DNA of 57,465 bases, the filler included, from Acidimicrobiia bacterium (GTDB lineage Bacteria; Actinomycetota; Acidimicrobiia; Spongiisociales; JAHEDJ01): the NCBI GenBank assembly GCA_029210695.1. It is 3 parts of 3 records of this genome, joined end to end, with 100 filler letters (N's around TTAATTAATTAA, not from the genome) between each part and the next. Parts side by side here need not be neighbours in the genome. Positions count along the whole stretch, not along the records: positions 1 to 21,070 come from JARGFH010000060.1; 2 more parts are not named here. One strand, written 5' to 3'. The notes beneath the pieces are model-generated. The model was not told where the DNA came from. It was given only the letters and a program-made list of their open reading frames with translations, and made no database searches. The position numbers and the translations under genes were made by a program. Shown here piece after piece: positions 1 to 9,083 of this stretch. The stretch's first letter is position 1. Each line of letters opens with the position of its first letter.

Positions 1-70
1 CACCGCCTGGGCCCACCGCCAGACAACACGAGACAAAGCCGCCGCTTGACAAGATACAACCCTGGGGTGT

Positions 71-1078
71 CTAGCCCACTCCGACCGGACGGCCTCCGTA
101 GAGGCGGCACAGTGCAACGGTCAGGCGATCCATGGTCAGCCTGTGGGTCTCCTCGGGAGCCGATTTGAGGAGTCTGTCCGCCCGCAGCAGCGCCGACAGC
201 GCTGCTCGCAGTTCCGAGTCCGAGACACTCGACCGCCGGGTCCAATCACGCTTGACTCGCCAATCGCCCGGTCGTGCTCCTACGTTTTCGGCGTACTCAT
301 CGATGCTGCCTGCCGCCGAAGCGAGCGACCGCCGTTTGAGATCATCTTCGAGGTAGCCGAGTAGTTGGAGCGGATGTCCGTGCGTTAGGAAGTCGGCCAG
401 ACGCCGGAGGGCCTCTCCCACCTTTCCGGCGCTGATGGCGTCGGCCAGATGCCACATCGGTTCGTCGGGACGGTTGTGGAAACGAACGAGGATCGTCTCA
501 CGAGTAATGGCGGCTTCGCCTGCCAGTTGGTCGAGCGCTTGACCCAGGGCAGCAACGTTGCTGCCGAAACGCTGCATCAACGCCTCGCGGGCTTCAGCCG
601 GAATCTTCATCTTCCGGGTCCGGATCTCCGTCGAGAGCCAGGCGGCTGCATCCTTTTCGCGGAGTTTCTCGATCTTGATCGTCTCGCCACTCTTCAGCAT
701 TTTCGAGAGCGACGAAGGAACCGCACCGGCGGACACAACCACCAATATCGTCTCAGGGTCGGCATTCCCCAGGAGTTCGGCGATGACGTCGGCTTCTCCT
801 TTTAGCAAGTGCTGGCCATCAACGATCAGAAGGCCCTGGCGGCCGCCAAAGAGTGAGCCGGACTGGAGGGCGGGCAAAGCCGGTTCGACTTCCCCGCGCA
901 CAACCCCGTCACGCTCCATCCCCTCTGCAGCAGCACCGCGCCCAGGGACATCGACACGCACGATGTCTGCCCCCTGTACGTCGAGTTGGTCGAAAACGGC
1001 CTGTGCCCGCGAAAGCATCTGCTGTCGTTCGCCGGGTCCGGCATCCCGTGGACCGGAGACGTGCCAGATGGAGGTCAT
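71..1078 (-). CDS. holA: DNA polymerase III delta subunit
   Basis: About 335 aa with 'LQSGSLFGGR' and 'LLRADRLLKS' HolA-like segments. Lies near comEC as in the usual comEA-comEC-holA order. Start taken at the ATG at 1078, 1 nt after the upstream stop. Confidence 0.85.
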   Translation of the reverse strand: MTSIWHVSGPRDAGPGERQQMLSRAQAVFDQLDVQGADIVRVDVPGRGAAAEGMERDGVVRGEVEPALPALQSGSLFGGRQGLLIVDGQHLLKGEADVIAELLGNADPETILVVVSAGAVPSSLSKMLKSGETIKIEKLREKDAAAWLSTEIRTRKMKIPAEAREALMQRFGSNVAALGQALDQLAGEAAITRETILVRFHNRPDEPMWHLADAISAGKVGEALRRLADFLTHGHPLQLLGYLEDDLKRRSLASAAGSIDEYAENVGARPGDWRVKRDWTRRSSVSDSELRAALSALLRADRLLKSAPEETHRLTMDRLTVALCRLYGGRPVGVG

Positions 1079-1079
1079 G

Positions 1080-1793
1080 TCAGAGGTTCCACCCTCCACC
1101 GACCTGAATGTATGAACCCGTCACATAATCTGCCTCCGGAGAAGCGAGATAGCGAACCGCTCCGGCGATGTCGTCCAAGGTTCCCAAACGGCCCGCCGGG
1201 ATCCTCTCGAGAGACGGGAACGTGATGCTGTTCTCGAGTACTCCGGGCATGATCGCGTTCACGGTCACTTGGCGGGACGCCTCGGTCACAGCAAAGGTCT
1301 TGGTCATGATCAGCACTCCGGTCTTTCCAACGTAGTAGGGAAGAGACTTCGGTGAGGCGCGCAGGTTGTCCGCCCCCGAGTCGGCGACATTGATGATCCG
1401 GGCATGTGGCCGGCCCCGCAAGAGGGGCAGCAAGGCCCGGGTCGTGTAGAACGTGGCGCTGGCGGTCGCAGCCAGGACTCGATCCCAATCGTCCGTCGTG
1501 AGGTCGTCGGTATGCCGGATGATGAACCCCCCAACATTGTTGACGAGAACATCGAGGTCCCCGGCCTCCCGAATCGCCTCCGCCAACGCATCAACCGAGG
1601 CCGGGTCCGTGAGATCTGCTGCAACGAGGTCCGCTCCCCCTCCGGCTTCCACGACGAGGCGGGCCGTCTCTTCCGCTTCTTCCCTGCTCGAGCGGTAGTG
1701 CACGATGACATCAAACCCGTCGGATCCGAGGCTGATTGCCAGATGCCTGCCGAGGCCGCGGGCGGATCCGGTCACTAATGCGCGTCTTCTCAT
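1080..1793 (-). CDS. SDR oxidoreductase, pteridine/dihydrofolate reductase-like (TmpR/FolM type)
   Basis: TGSARGLG Rossmann motif, VHYRSS, LVNNVG, YxxxK (YYVGK) and C-terminal GGGWNL. Overlaps the folP stop by 4 nt. Confidence 0.8.
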   Translation of the reverse strand: MRRRALVTGSARGLGRHLAISLGSDGFDVIVHYRSSREEAEETARLVVEAGGGADLVAADLTDPASVDALAEAIREAGDLDVLVNNVGGFIIRHTDDLTTDDWDRVLAATASATFYTTRALLPLLRGRPHARIINVADSGADNLRASPKSLPYYVGKTGVLIMTKTFAVTEASRQVTVNAIMPGVLENSITFPSLERIPAGRLGTLDDIAGAVRYLASPEADYVTGSYIQVGGGWNL

Positions 1794-2611
1794 TCCATTC
1801 TCCCCATCAAACGTGCAATCTCTGCCACCGCTTCTGTGTCGTGAACGCGCAGGATGTCTGCTCCATACTCAAGTGCGAGCGTCGCCAGCGCCAGAGTAGG
1901 GGCGAGCTCGGCCTTGCGAGGAACCGGCAGGAGCACCGGCTTACCCAACGCGTGCAGGCGATCGAGTTGTCGGATCACGTCGAGTTGGTGGAGGGTGTAC
2001 CGGCTCCGATCTGCCCGGTAGGAGATCCCGATACCCGGATCGACCACCACGTTCGTCACACCGGAGCCTGCAAGTTGCCTCAGACGTAGCCCTAGACGAT
2101 CGACCATCCCGGCAACCAGCGACTGATCGAGATCGATCGAGCCGACGGCCAGCGGCGAATCGCCTTCGAGGAACATCACCACAGACGCCACGTTGCCACC
2201 CGCCACTACCTCGATCATCTCAGCCTGCCGGAGACCGCCTGTGTCGTTGATGATCACGGCGCCCAACTCGATGGCGGCACGGGCAACTTCCGGCTTCCAG
2301 GTGTCGACCGACACCAGGAAGCCTTCCTGGACGAGCCGCTGCACGGGACCGGCCAGTCGGGCGACTTCCTCATCCGGGTTCAATTCAACGTTCTCGAAGT
2401 GAGACGACTGGGCGCCGACGTCGATGATCGTCGCTCCATTGCGGCGGTGCGCGTCGGCGATACGGAGGGCTTCCTCGAGGTTGCTGGCGACGGTGGGGGT
2501 GTTCTTCGATTCGGGGGACAGATTGAGTACGCCCATGAGGTGAACTCGTCCGCCGGAGAAATCGATGGTGTGCGCTCCGGCCTGCAGACCGATCTCGGGC
2601 GACGTCGTCAA
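1790..2611 (-). CDS. folP: Dihydropteroate synthase (atypical motifs)
   Basis: MGVLN, IIDVG, SVDTWKPEVA, IINDTGG, VDPGIG and ILRVHD pterin-binding barrel motifs. Confidence 0.85.
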   Translation of the reverse strand: MTTSPEIGLQAGAHTIDFSGGRVHLMGVLNLSPESKNTPTVASNLEEALRIADAHRRNGATIIDVGAQSSHFENVELNPDEEVARLAGPVQRLVQEGFLVSVDTWKPEVARAAIELGAVIINDTGGLRQAEMIEVVAGGNVASVVMFLEGDSPLAVGSIDLDQSLVAGMVDRLGLRLRQLAGSGVTNVVVDPGIGISYRADRSRYTLHQLDVIRQLDRLHALGKPVLLPVPRKAELAPTLALATLALEYGADILRVHDTEAVAEIARLMGRME

Positions 2612-3063
2612 GGCCCGATGAGCAACGATCCGGAGATCTCGCTCTCACCCTGGTCGAGTGTGAGAACCACAGTCTCGACGTCTTCGGCGCCGGGGGCCAC
2701 GAGACCGATCGAAATCGGTATTCGAGCCTGACCCAATTCCAGGTTGATCGTTCCTCGCCACGGGTCGGCCGTCTCGTTGAAGAGCACAACGGTTAGCGCA
2801 ACGCGATTTCCCTCGAAGGCGCGGGCCTGGAAATCGACGTCGATACCGCCGCAGAGAGTCTTATCCTCTCCGGCCACCAACTGGGTGGCGCTCAGAACGA
2901 TCGGCTCGCTCCCCTCCTCGATGACCACCGTGAAGGGCGTCTCCACCTGGCCGGTACATGTCAGCACGTGGGTGAGTCCGCGCAGCGAAGATGTCATGAT
3001 CGGAATCAGAAAGACTCCGACGAGGGCGGCCAGCGCCACACGCGACTTGAGGATCGGCGGCAT
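2608..3063 (-). CDS. Hypothetical membrane-anchored/secreted protein
   Basis: N-terminal hydrophobic helix, beta-rich remainder, GGAGG RBS, 4-nt overlap with folP. Confidence 0.7.
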   Translation of the reverse strand: MPPILKSRVALAALVGVFLIPIMTSSLRGLTHVLTCTGQVETPFTVVIEEGSEPIVLSATQLVAGEDKTLCGGIDVDFQARAFEGNRVALTVVLFNETADPWRGTINLELGQARIPISIGLVAPGAEDVETVVLTLDQGESEISGSLLIGP

Positions 3064-3142
3064 GACCTCCAGTGTTCACGGCGTCGCCGCCAAAGTCAAA
3101 GATCGACCAATCGGAAACGGCGAACCGTTTAGCATGCGGGCC

Positions 3143-4012
3143 ATGGTCGACGCCACGCGCACGAAAACACGCTCTGTCAGCTACACCCAGGCCCGTGGCC
3201 TCGTTCTTCTGCTCGGCCTGGTTGCCTTGGGCGTCGTGGCTCTGATCATGTACGTCCGCAGAGTCGATCCGACGGAAGTCTCAGCCACGATGTTCTTCCT
3301 GCCCGTCTTCGTCGGGTTCTTGTTCTGGGGCATTCGGGGCGGAGTGATCCTCGGAGCGCTGGCAACCGTCGCATATATCTGGATCCGCTCGCCGGCAATC
3401 GATCTGATCGGCTGGAGCGAACTGGTCGGCTTGATCATCACCCGGGGAGCGGGCTACATGGCCTTCGGTCTGATCGGAGGTTGGGCCACGGAGCAGCTCA
3501 GGGATTCGATCACGAAACTAGATCTCTACGACCAGATCGACGATGCAACGGGTTTGTTCAACGCACGCAGCCTGGTCGAGACTGTGGACCTCGAGAAGTC
3601 CCGGTCTACCCGCTATGAGAAGATCTTCTCGCTGGTAACGGCCGAGCTTCCCGCCTCCGGTGAGTTGAGTCGAAGGGCGAAACGCAACTTCCTCACCGAT
3701 CTTGGGGATCGGGTCCGGCGCAGCGTCCGTGCGGTCGATCACGCCGTGCACGCCAAAGACGGCGACAACCACCTCCTGGCGTTCGTCCTTCCCGAGACCT
3801 CTGCAGAGGGCGCCCGGGTATTTGCAGGGAAGCTCGCCGAACAAGTGGCCGGTCTGGCCGCGGAGCACCATCTGCCACTCGAGGCTTCTGCCATCACCAC
3901 CTCGGTGGCCTCCTACCCTGATGATCCAGACGCGGTCGGGCTGATCGCACGACGGTTCCGCCAGATCGCCGCCCAGGAGTTTCCGGAAGCAGCCGACTCA
4001 ATCGCCGACTGA
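3143..4012 (+). CDS. Membrane protein with degenerate GGDEF-like domain
   Basis: Four TM helices, then DDATGLFNAR and 'FVLPETSAEGA...SVASYP'. GGDEF is replaced by DGDNH. Start could be 3134 or 3143. Confidence 0.75.
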   Translation: MVDATRTKTRSVSYTQARGLVLLLGLVALGVVALIMYVRRVDPTEVSATMFFLPVFVGFLFWGIRGGVILGALATVAYIWIRSPAIDLIGWSELVGLIITRGAGYMAFGLIGGWATEQLRDSITKLDLYDQIDDATGLFNARSLVETVDLEKSRSTRYEKIFSLVTAELPASGELSRRAKRNFLTDLGDRVRRSVRAVDHAVHAKDGDNHLLAFVLPETSAEGARVFAGKLAEQVAGLAAEHHLPLEASAITTSVASYPDDPDAVGLIARRFRQIAAQEFPEAADSIAD

Positions 4013-6133
4013 GATCACGACGTCACCATCGCGATCGGTTCGCCATACTTCGGCTCCCATCTCGTCGAGAACATCCACGACCTCGGGCGAGGGGTGCCCG
4101 TAGTCGTTAGGTCCGACCGGAATGATGGCCACCTTTGCCCCGGTCGAGCGTATCCAGTCGAGGTCGCTGGTCGCCGCCCCCTGGTGGGGCACCTTCAACA
4201 CGTCGGCGAGAATTGGCCCGAGGTCCTTCTGAGCATACGTCTCGACATCTCCCGGCATCAGAATGGTGTGACGGCCCACCTCGATCACCAGCACGATCGA
4301 TTGATCGTTCGGCGAGGCATACCGTCTCAATGGGCCTCTCACTTCAATGGAGAAGCTGCCGATTCCGGCTCTCCACCCGGGCCTGACGATCTCGGTCGGC
4401 ACGTTCTTGCGTGCAGCGAGATCGAGAAGCGCTCGCATCTCAGGGCCTGAATCAGAGTGACCGGAGTGCCAGATGAGACCAACCGGGAACTGCTCCAGCG
4501 CCGCGATCAACCCGGCCACATGATCGTGGTGTTGATGCGAAGCGACCACGAGGTCGATGTGGTCGATTCCGTATTGGCGGAGACGTGAGATCAGCAGTCC
4601 CTCGTCGGGCCCACCGTCGATCAGAACCACGGCTCCATCATCGCTCAGCAACAGCGTTGAATCTCCCTGGCCAACATCGAGGAATACCGCCGCCGGGAGC
4701 GTCACCGGAGCCGGGTTCAACCCGACAGCTATGAATGCCCATGCGGCGGCGGTCAATCCCATAACTCGGCGCAAGCCCGCCACCCGACCCAGTGCAACGG
4801 CTGCCATCACCCCGCAGTAGCCGAGCCACCCAATCTGGGGCCAGGGAGAAGCCGACCGGGCAATTGCCAGCACGAAACTCGCCAGCGTCGTTGCTATGTC
4901 GATGCAGTAGTCGAGACCGGACAGTACCCCGATACCTCCGAAGCTCGTGGCCGCGGCCACAAGTGGCCCGGCGAGGAGGTTCGTGACCGGTGACAGGAGC
5001 GGCAACGTTCCGAAGTGAACGAGTAGCAGCGGGGCTACTGCGAGTTGGGCGGAGACCGTGGCGGCCAACGCGGCCCCGACCATCGGAAGCCGCCGGAGTG
5101 GGCGATATCCGGCACCGGCGATGACTCCGGCGGTTGCTGCAACAGACAGCTGAAATCCGACATCGGAAACGAGTTCACCCGACACCAGCAACAGCCCTGC
5201 CACACCGCCTCCGAGGGCCGTCCAGGGTCCGATCGACACTCCGAGGGCTCTGGCCAGGAGAACAAAACCCGCCATCACCGCGGCCCGCAGGACCGATGGC
5301 TCCCATCTGGTCACGAGAACGAACAACACCAGTCCGAGGACGCCGAGGACGGCCCGCCGGCGGGGGCCGAATCCGAGCGGTGCCACGATGACCCACCAGA
5401 GCGTCAGGAAGAGAGCCACGTTGCTGCCCGAAACCGCCACATAGTGAGACAGCCCCGCCCGCCGGAGCGCTTCCGCGTCCGACGCAGGCAGCTCACGTAT
5501 GTCGCCGATGAGGAACCCCGAGACGAGGGCGGCGGCCGGCCGCACTGCCGTCGCCGCCAGCTGATCTTCGACCCTGGACCGCAACAAGTTGGCGACACGA
5601 AAGAAACCCTGCGCGACCGAAACCCGTTCCACACTGCGTGCCGCAATTTGCCCGGCGTAGACGTCCCCTCGGGCCTTACCCGGACGGGCTGTTAGACGGC
5701 CGCTCACCACAAGCCGGTCACCTGCCATGACGTCGAAGGTTTGGTCGCCGCTGACCAGCAGTCGTGGCCCGTCCAAGATGATCTCATGATGGCGAGTGCT
5801 CACGGACTCGGGTTCGATCAGAAACCAGAAGCCGGTCCTCCCGGGTCGGGGATCTTCGACGGCGATCCCCCGTACCTCGACGATGCCTTCCGGCACGAGG
5901 CTTTCGAGCGTCGCCTGATCGCGTTGGGTCGACAGGGATCCGGACAACGATCCTGCGGTCGCGATCAGAAGCAACGCAGCCAGGGAGCGCCTCCGCAAGG
6001 CGAGGACCGCGATGGATGCCAGCGACCCCGTCAGAACAGCCGTCCAGCTCAGCGATCGACCTGCCCAGGCGCCGAACCAGACGGATCCGCCTGCCAGCAG
6101 TGCCGATCTGCTCAGTTCATCCGGCACCCTCAC
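3998..6133 (-). CDS. comEC: DNA uptake channel ComEC/Rec2 with metallo-beta-lactamase domain
   Basis: HYVAVSGSNV, GFQLSVAAT, LDVGQGD, SHQHHDH, KVPHQG and NDYGHP motifs. Confidence 0.95.
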   Translation of the reverse strand: MRVPDELSRSALLAGGSVWFGAWAGRSLSWTAVLTGSLASIAVLALRRRSLAALLLIATAGSLSGSLSTQRDQATLESLVPEGIVEVRGIAVEDPRPGRTGFWFLIEPESVSTRHHEIILDGPRLLVSGDQTFDVMAGDRLVVSGRLTARPGKARGDVYAGQIAARSVERVSVAQGFFRVANLLRSRVEDQLAATAVRPAAALVSGFLIGDIRELPASDAEALRRAGLSHYVAVSGSNVALFLTLWWVIVAPLGFGPRRRAVLGVLGLVLFVLVTRWEPSVLRAAVMAGFVLLARALGVSIGPWTALGGGVAGLLLVSGELVSDVGFQLSVAATAGVIAGAGYRPLRRLPMVGAALAATVSAQLAVAPLLLVHFGTLPLLSPVTNLLAGPLVAAATSFGGIGVLSGLDYCIDIATTLASFVLAIARSASPWPQIGWLGYCGVMAAVALGRVAGLRRVMGLTAAAWAFIAVGLNPAPVTLPAAVFLDVGQGDSTLLLSDDGAVVLIDGGPDEGLLISRLRQYGIDHIDLVVASHQHHDHVAGLIAALEQFPVGLIWHSGHSDSGPEMRALLDLAARKNVPTEIVRPGWRAGIGSFSIEVRGPLRRYASPNDQSIVLVIEVGRHTILMPGDVETYAQKDLGPILADVLKVPHQGAATSDLDWIRSTGAKVAIIPVGPNDYGHPSPEVVDVLDEMGAEVWRTDRDGDVVISVGD

Positions 6134-6684
6134 GGAATAGCCACGGAATCCCGAATGGTGGCGAGCTTGCCTTCACCGATCCCCGGGACATCGAGAAGGT
6201 CCTCGACGACGCTGAATGGGCCGTTGGAATCGCGATAGTCGGCGACTCGTTGGGCTAGCACCGGCCCGATACCCGGCAACGTGGCGATCTCATCGATTGT
6301 CGCCGTATTGACCCTGACGCGGCCGTCCCCCGGTTGAAGCGGGAGCCCTCCAGAATCTCCTTCCTCGACGACCACGATCAGCGTGCCGTCGATGACGGGC
6401 GCGGCGAGATTCACCGCCGTGAGGTCGGCCGATGGAAGAGCCCCGCCGGCGGCCGCCAGGGCATCGGCAACACGAGCACCCGTCGACAACTCGACCAGTC
6501 CCGGCTCGACGACAGCACCGGACACGTGGACTGTGAGGCCGGCAGCCGGCGTTGGGCCCACATCCGTCGTGCCTCGATCTATCACCACGGGAGGCGGTTC
6601 GGTGGGCCTCCCACCAAACCAGATACCCGATCCGATCGCGATCAGCAAGGCGACCCCGCCGGCGACAAGGTGCTGAGGTTGCAC
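6130..6684 (-). CDS. comEA: ComEA DNA-binding protein (SLBB + HhH)
   Basis: VHVSGAV..PG, VNLA, VNTAT, LPGIGP and VPGIG motifs; coupled to comEC. Confidence 0.95.
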   Translation of the reverse strand: MQPQHLVAGGVALLIAIGSGIWFGGRPTEPPPVVIDRGTTDVGPTPAAGLTVHVSGAVVEPGLVELSTGARVADALAAAGGALPSADLTAVNLAAPVIDGTLIVVVEEGDSGGLPLQPGDGRVRVNTATIDEIATLPGIGPVLAQRVADYRDSNGPFSVVEDLLDVPGIGEGKLATIRDSVAIP

Positions 6685-6810
6685 GCGACTCCTTGTGGTG
6701 ACTAGCCCGTCTCACTCCGCCACACACCTCTATCACGATGCGGGTTCCGGCGGAAGGGGGTCGAGCACGCTCACTAGGGTTCAAGTGCCGTCCCAAGAGG
6801 AGAATCTGCA

Positions 6811-7614
6811 ATGCATCGGTATCGAGTCGAGCCGGGCCAGGCCGCCCAGATCGCCGCCCGTGACACCAGAGATTCGCAGGGCTTCACCGGCGACAAATCG
6901 GCAGGCAAGGCCAGGATCAAGGAACTGAACGCTGAACTAGAGGCGCTGCAGGAACTGCTCTACGCAGAGGGCAAACACAAGGTACTGATCGTGCTTCAGG
7001 CAATGGACACGGGCGGAAAGGATGGGACGATCCGTCACGTCTTCGACGGCACGAACCCGCAGGGTGTCAAAGTGGCGAGCTTCAAGAAGCCCACCGCTTC
7101 TGAACTTGCCCACGACTACCTGTGGCGGGTGCACGACGACACGCCGGGATCCGGAGAGATCGCCATCTTCAATCGATCACATTACGAGGACGTGCTGGTC
7201 GTCCGGGTCCACAGCCTGGTCCCCGAAGACCGGTGGCGGCGGCGCTACGACCACATCAACGCGTTCGAGCAGTTACTCGCCGACGAGGGCACCACAATCC
7301 TCAAGTTCTTCTTGCACATCTCGAAGGACGAACAGAAGGCACGGCTCGAAGCGCGGATCGACGAACCCCACAAGCGATGGAAGTTCGCCAAAGGAGATCT
7401 CGCGGAGCGGGAACGGTGGGGAGACTACGTCGAGGCCTACGAAGAAGCACTCACCCGAACGTCGACCGAATGGGCGCCGTGGTATGTGATTCCTGCGGAT
7501 CGCAAGTGGTACCGCAATCTGGCCACATCCTCCATCATCGTTGACGCCCTCCAGCGCCTTGGAATGGAATACCCGGATCCGGAAGACGGTCTCGACGATA
7601 TCGTGATCGAGTGA
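6811..7614 (+). CDS. ppk2: Polyphosphate kinase 2 family (class III-like)
   Basis: QAMDTGGKDG, FNRSHYEDVL and WYVIPADRKW motifs. Confidence 0.92.
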   Translation: MHRYRVEPGQAAQIAARDTRDSQGFTGDKSAGKARIKELNAELEALQELLYAEGKHKVLIVLQAMDTGGKDGTIRHVFDGTNPQGVKVASFKKPTASELAHDYLWRVHDDTPGSGEIAIFNRSHYEDVLVVRVHSLVPEDRWRRRYDHINAFEQLLADEGTTILKFFLHISKDEQKARLEARIDEPHKRWKFAKGDLAERERWGDYVEAYEEALTRTSTEWAPWYVIPADRKWYRNLATSSIIVDALQRLGMEYPDPEDGLDDIVIE

Positions 7615-7650
7615 GCTTGATGAGTCGAGAGCCGACGTGCTGATCCGCGC

Positions 7651-8457
7651 TCAGACCGTGGTCGGCTGTTCGTCCCTGGTCCGATTGCGAAGCCACAATC
7701 CGATCACACCACCGATGACCACCGCGATGCTGACCCAACCGTTCCTGCTGATCCCGAATACACGGAAAGTCGTGTCGGTCCTGATCAGTTCCAGCAGGAA
7801 CCGTCCCGTGCCGTAAGCGACGAAGTACACGAGCAGGATGGAGCCTCGTTTCAGATTGAACTTGCGTTCGACGGTGAGGAGCACGGCGATGACCCAGAGA
7901 TTCCAGAGCGACTCGTAGAGAAACGTCGGGTGGAATGTCTCGAAATCTAGGTAGTCGGCCGGCCGGTAGCGACGGGCGATTTCCAGGCCCCAGGGGAGAT
8001 CCGTCGGCGTTCCGAATAGCTCTTGATTGAAGTAGTTGCCCCAGCGGCCGATCGCCTGGGCCGCCGGGAGGCCGACGGCGACGGCATCGGCGAAGGCGGG
8101 GAAGTCGCCGCCGCGCCGTCGCATAACCCAGATAGCCGCGATCGCGCCGCCGGTCAGACCACCGAACAGCGCCAGTCCGCCTTCCCAGATCGCGAAGACG
8201 TGCAGCCAGCGCCCCTCGAAGCGCGAAAGGTGGGTGCTCACATAGGCCGTGCGCGCCCCGAGGAATCCGATCACCACCGCCCAGAAGGCGGCCTTCTCGA
8301 CGTCGGTTGGATTACCTCCGAAGCGGAGATACCGGCGCTCGGTAATGATCATCGCCACGACCACACCGATACCGATGAGGATCCCGTAGAAATGGATGTC
8401 GAGAGGTCCAACCTCGAGGATATTGATGGGCGGAGAAGGGATAGATGGTGTAATCAC
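7651..8457 (-). CDS. lgt: Prolipoprotein diacylglyceryl transferase
   Basis: IWEGGL, IGRWGNYFNQE and HPTFLYES motifs. Confidence 0.95.
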   Translation of the reverse strand: MITPSIPSPPINILEVGPLDIHFYGILIGIGVVVAMIITERRYLRFGGNPTDVEKAAFWAVVIGFLGARTAYVSTHLSRFEGRWLHVFAIWEGGLALFGGLTGGAIAAIWVMRRRGGDFPAFADAVAVGLPAAQAIGRWGNYFNQELFGTPTDLPWGLEIARRYRPADYLDFETFHPTFLYESLWNLWVIAVLLTVERKFNLKRGSILLVYFVAYGTGRFLLELIRTDTTFRVFGISRNGWVSIAVVIGGVIGLWLRNRTRDEQPTTV

Positions 8458-8500
8458 GGTCGCAATGCTCGCACAGGTGAGCGTCTACGCAAGCATCGGG

Positions 8501-8947
8501 CTATGCCGGGTTCATCGGACCGCCGGTCCCGATGGTGAATGCGAGAGCGGCCAACTCATCGCTGCGCAGTGTGTCATCACCGGCTTCCCGACGCGGTTGG
8601 AGACCGTACAGGTGGACCTCCGATCCATCCCGCATACGAAATCGGCCGACCGGGCCGATCAGCGGGCGAGTGCCCATCCCGCACTCGAGTATGTCGCGGC
8701 GGACGAGCCGGTGCCGCCGTCCGAAGTTGATCACGGTGACGTCCGACCCTTCGACCTCGACCCGCGACCTCGCCATGAGCCAGAAATAGAAGATGACGAC
8801 CAGAGCGATCAACCACAACAAGAGACGGCGATCGAAGGAGGGGGTGAACAGCGAGAACCCGATGATCAGGACGACTACAAACCCCCCACCCCACAGGGCC
8901 CGCGCTCGAAGATCGGGTGACTGGTAGATCCGCTTATCCATAGCCAA
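8501..8947 (-). CDS. Hypothetical membrane protein (2 TM + PH-like domain)
   Basis: Two TM helices followed by a beta-rich segment; co-oriented between leuS and lgt. Confidence 0.6.
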   Translation of the reverse strand: MAMDKRIYQSPDLRARALWGGGFVVVLIIGFSLFTPSFDRRLLLWLIALVVIFYFWLMARSRVEVEGSDVTVINFGRRHRLVRRDILECGMGTRPLIGPVGRFRMRDGSEVHLYGLQPRREAGDDTLRSDELAALAFTIGTGGPMNPA

Positions 8948-8961
8948 ATCCTAGAGCCCAG

Positions 8962-9071
8962 TTTTCTCCGCAATACTGTGCATCACCACACACCACAGCA
9001 TTGCGGAGAAAAGGGACTTCAGTTTCTCGGCAATACTGTGGACCACCACGGTCCATTGCATTGCGGAGAAA
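8962..9071. repeat. Two tandem REP-like palindromic units (about 60-bp period)
   Basis: ttttctccgcaatactgtg...cacagcattgcggagaaaa at 8962-9012 and tttctcggcaatactgtg...gcattgcggagaaa at 9023-9071. Confidence 0.8.
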
Positions 9072-9083
9072 GTGGTTGAGGCG

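Noticed and set aside
8962..9071. Mini CRISPR array
   Set aside because: Only two palindromic units separated by about 10 nt; no unique spacers and no cas genes.
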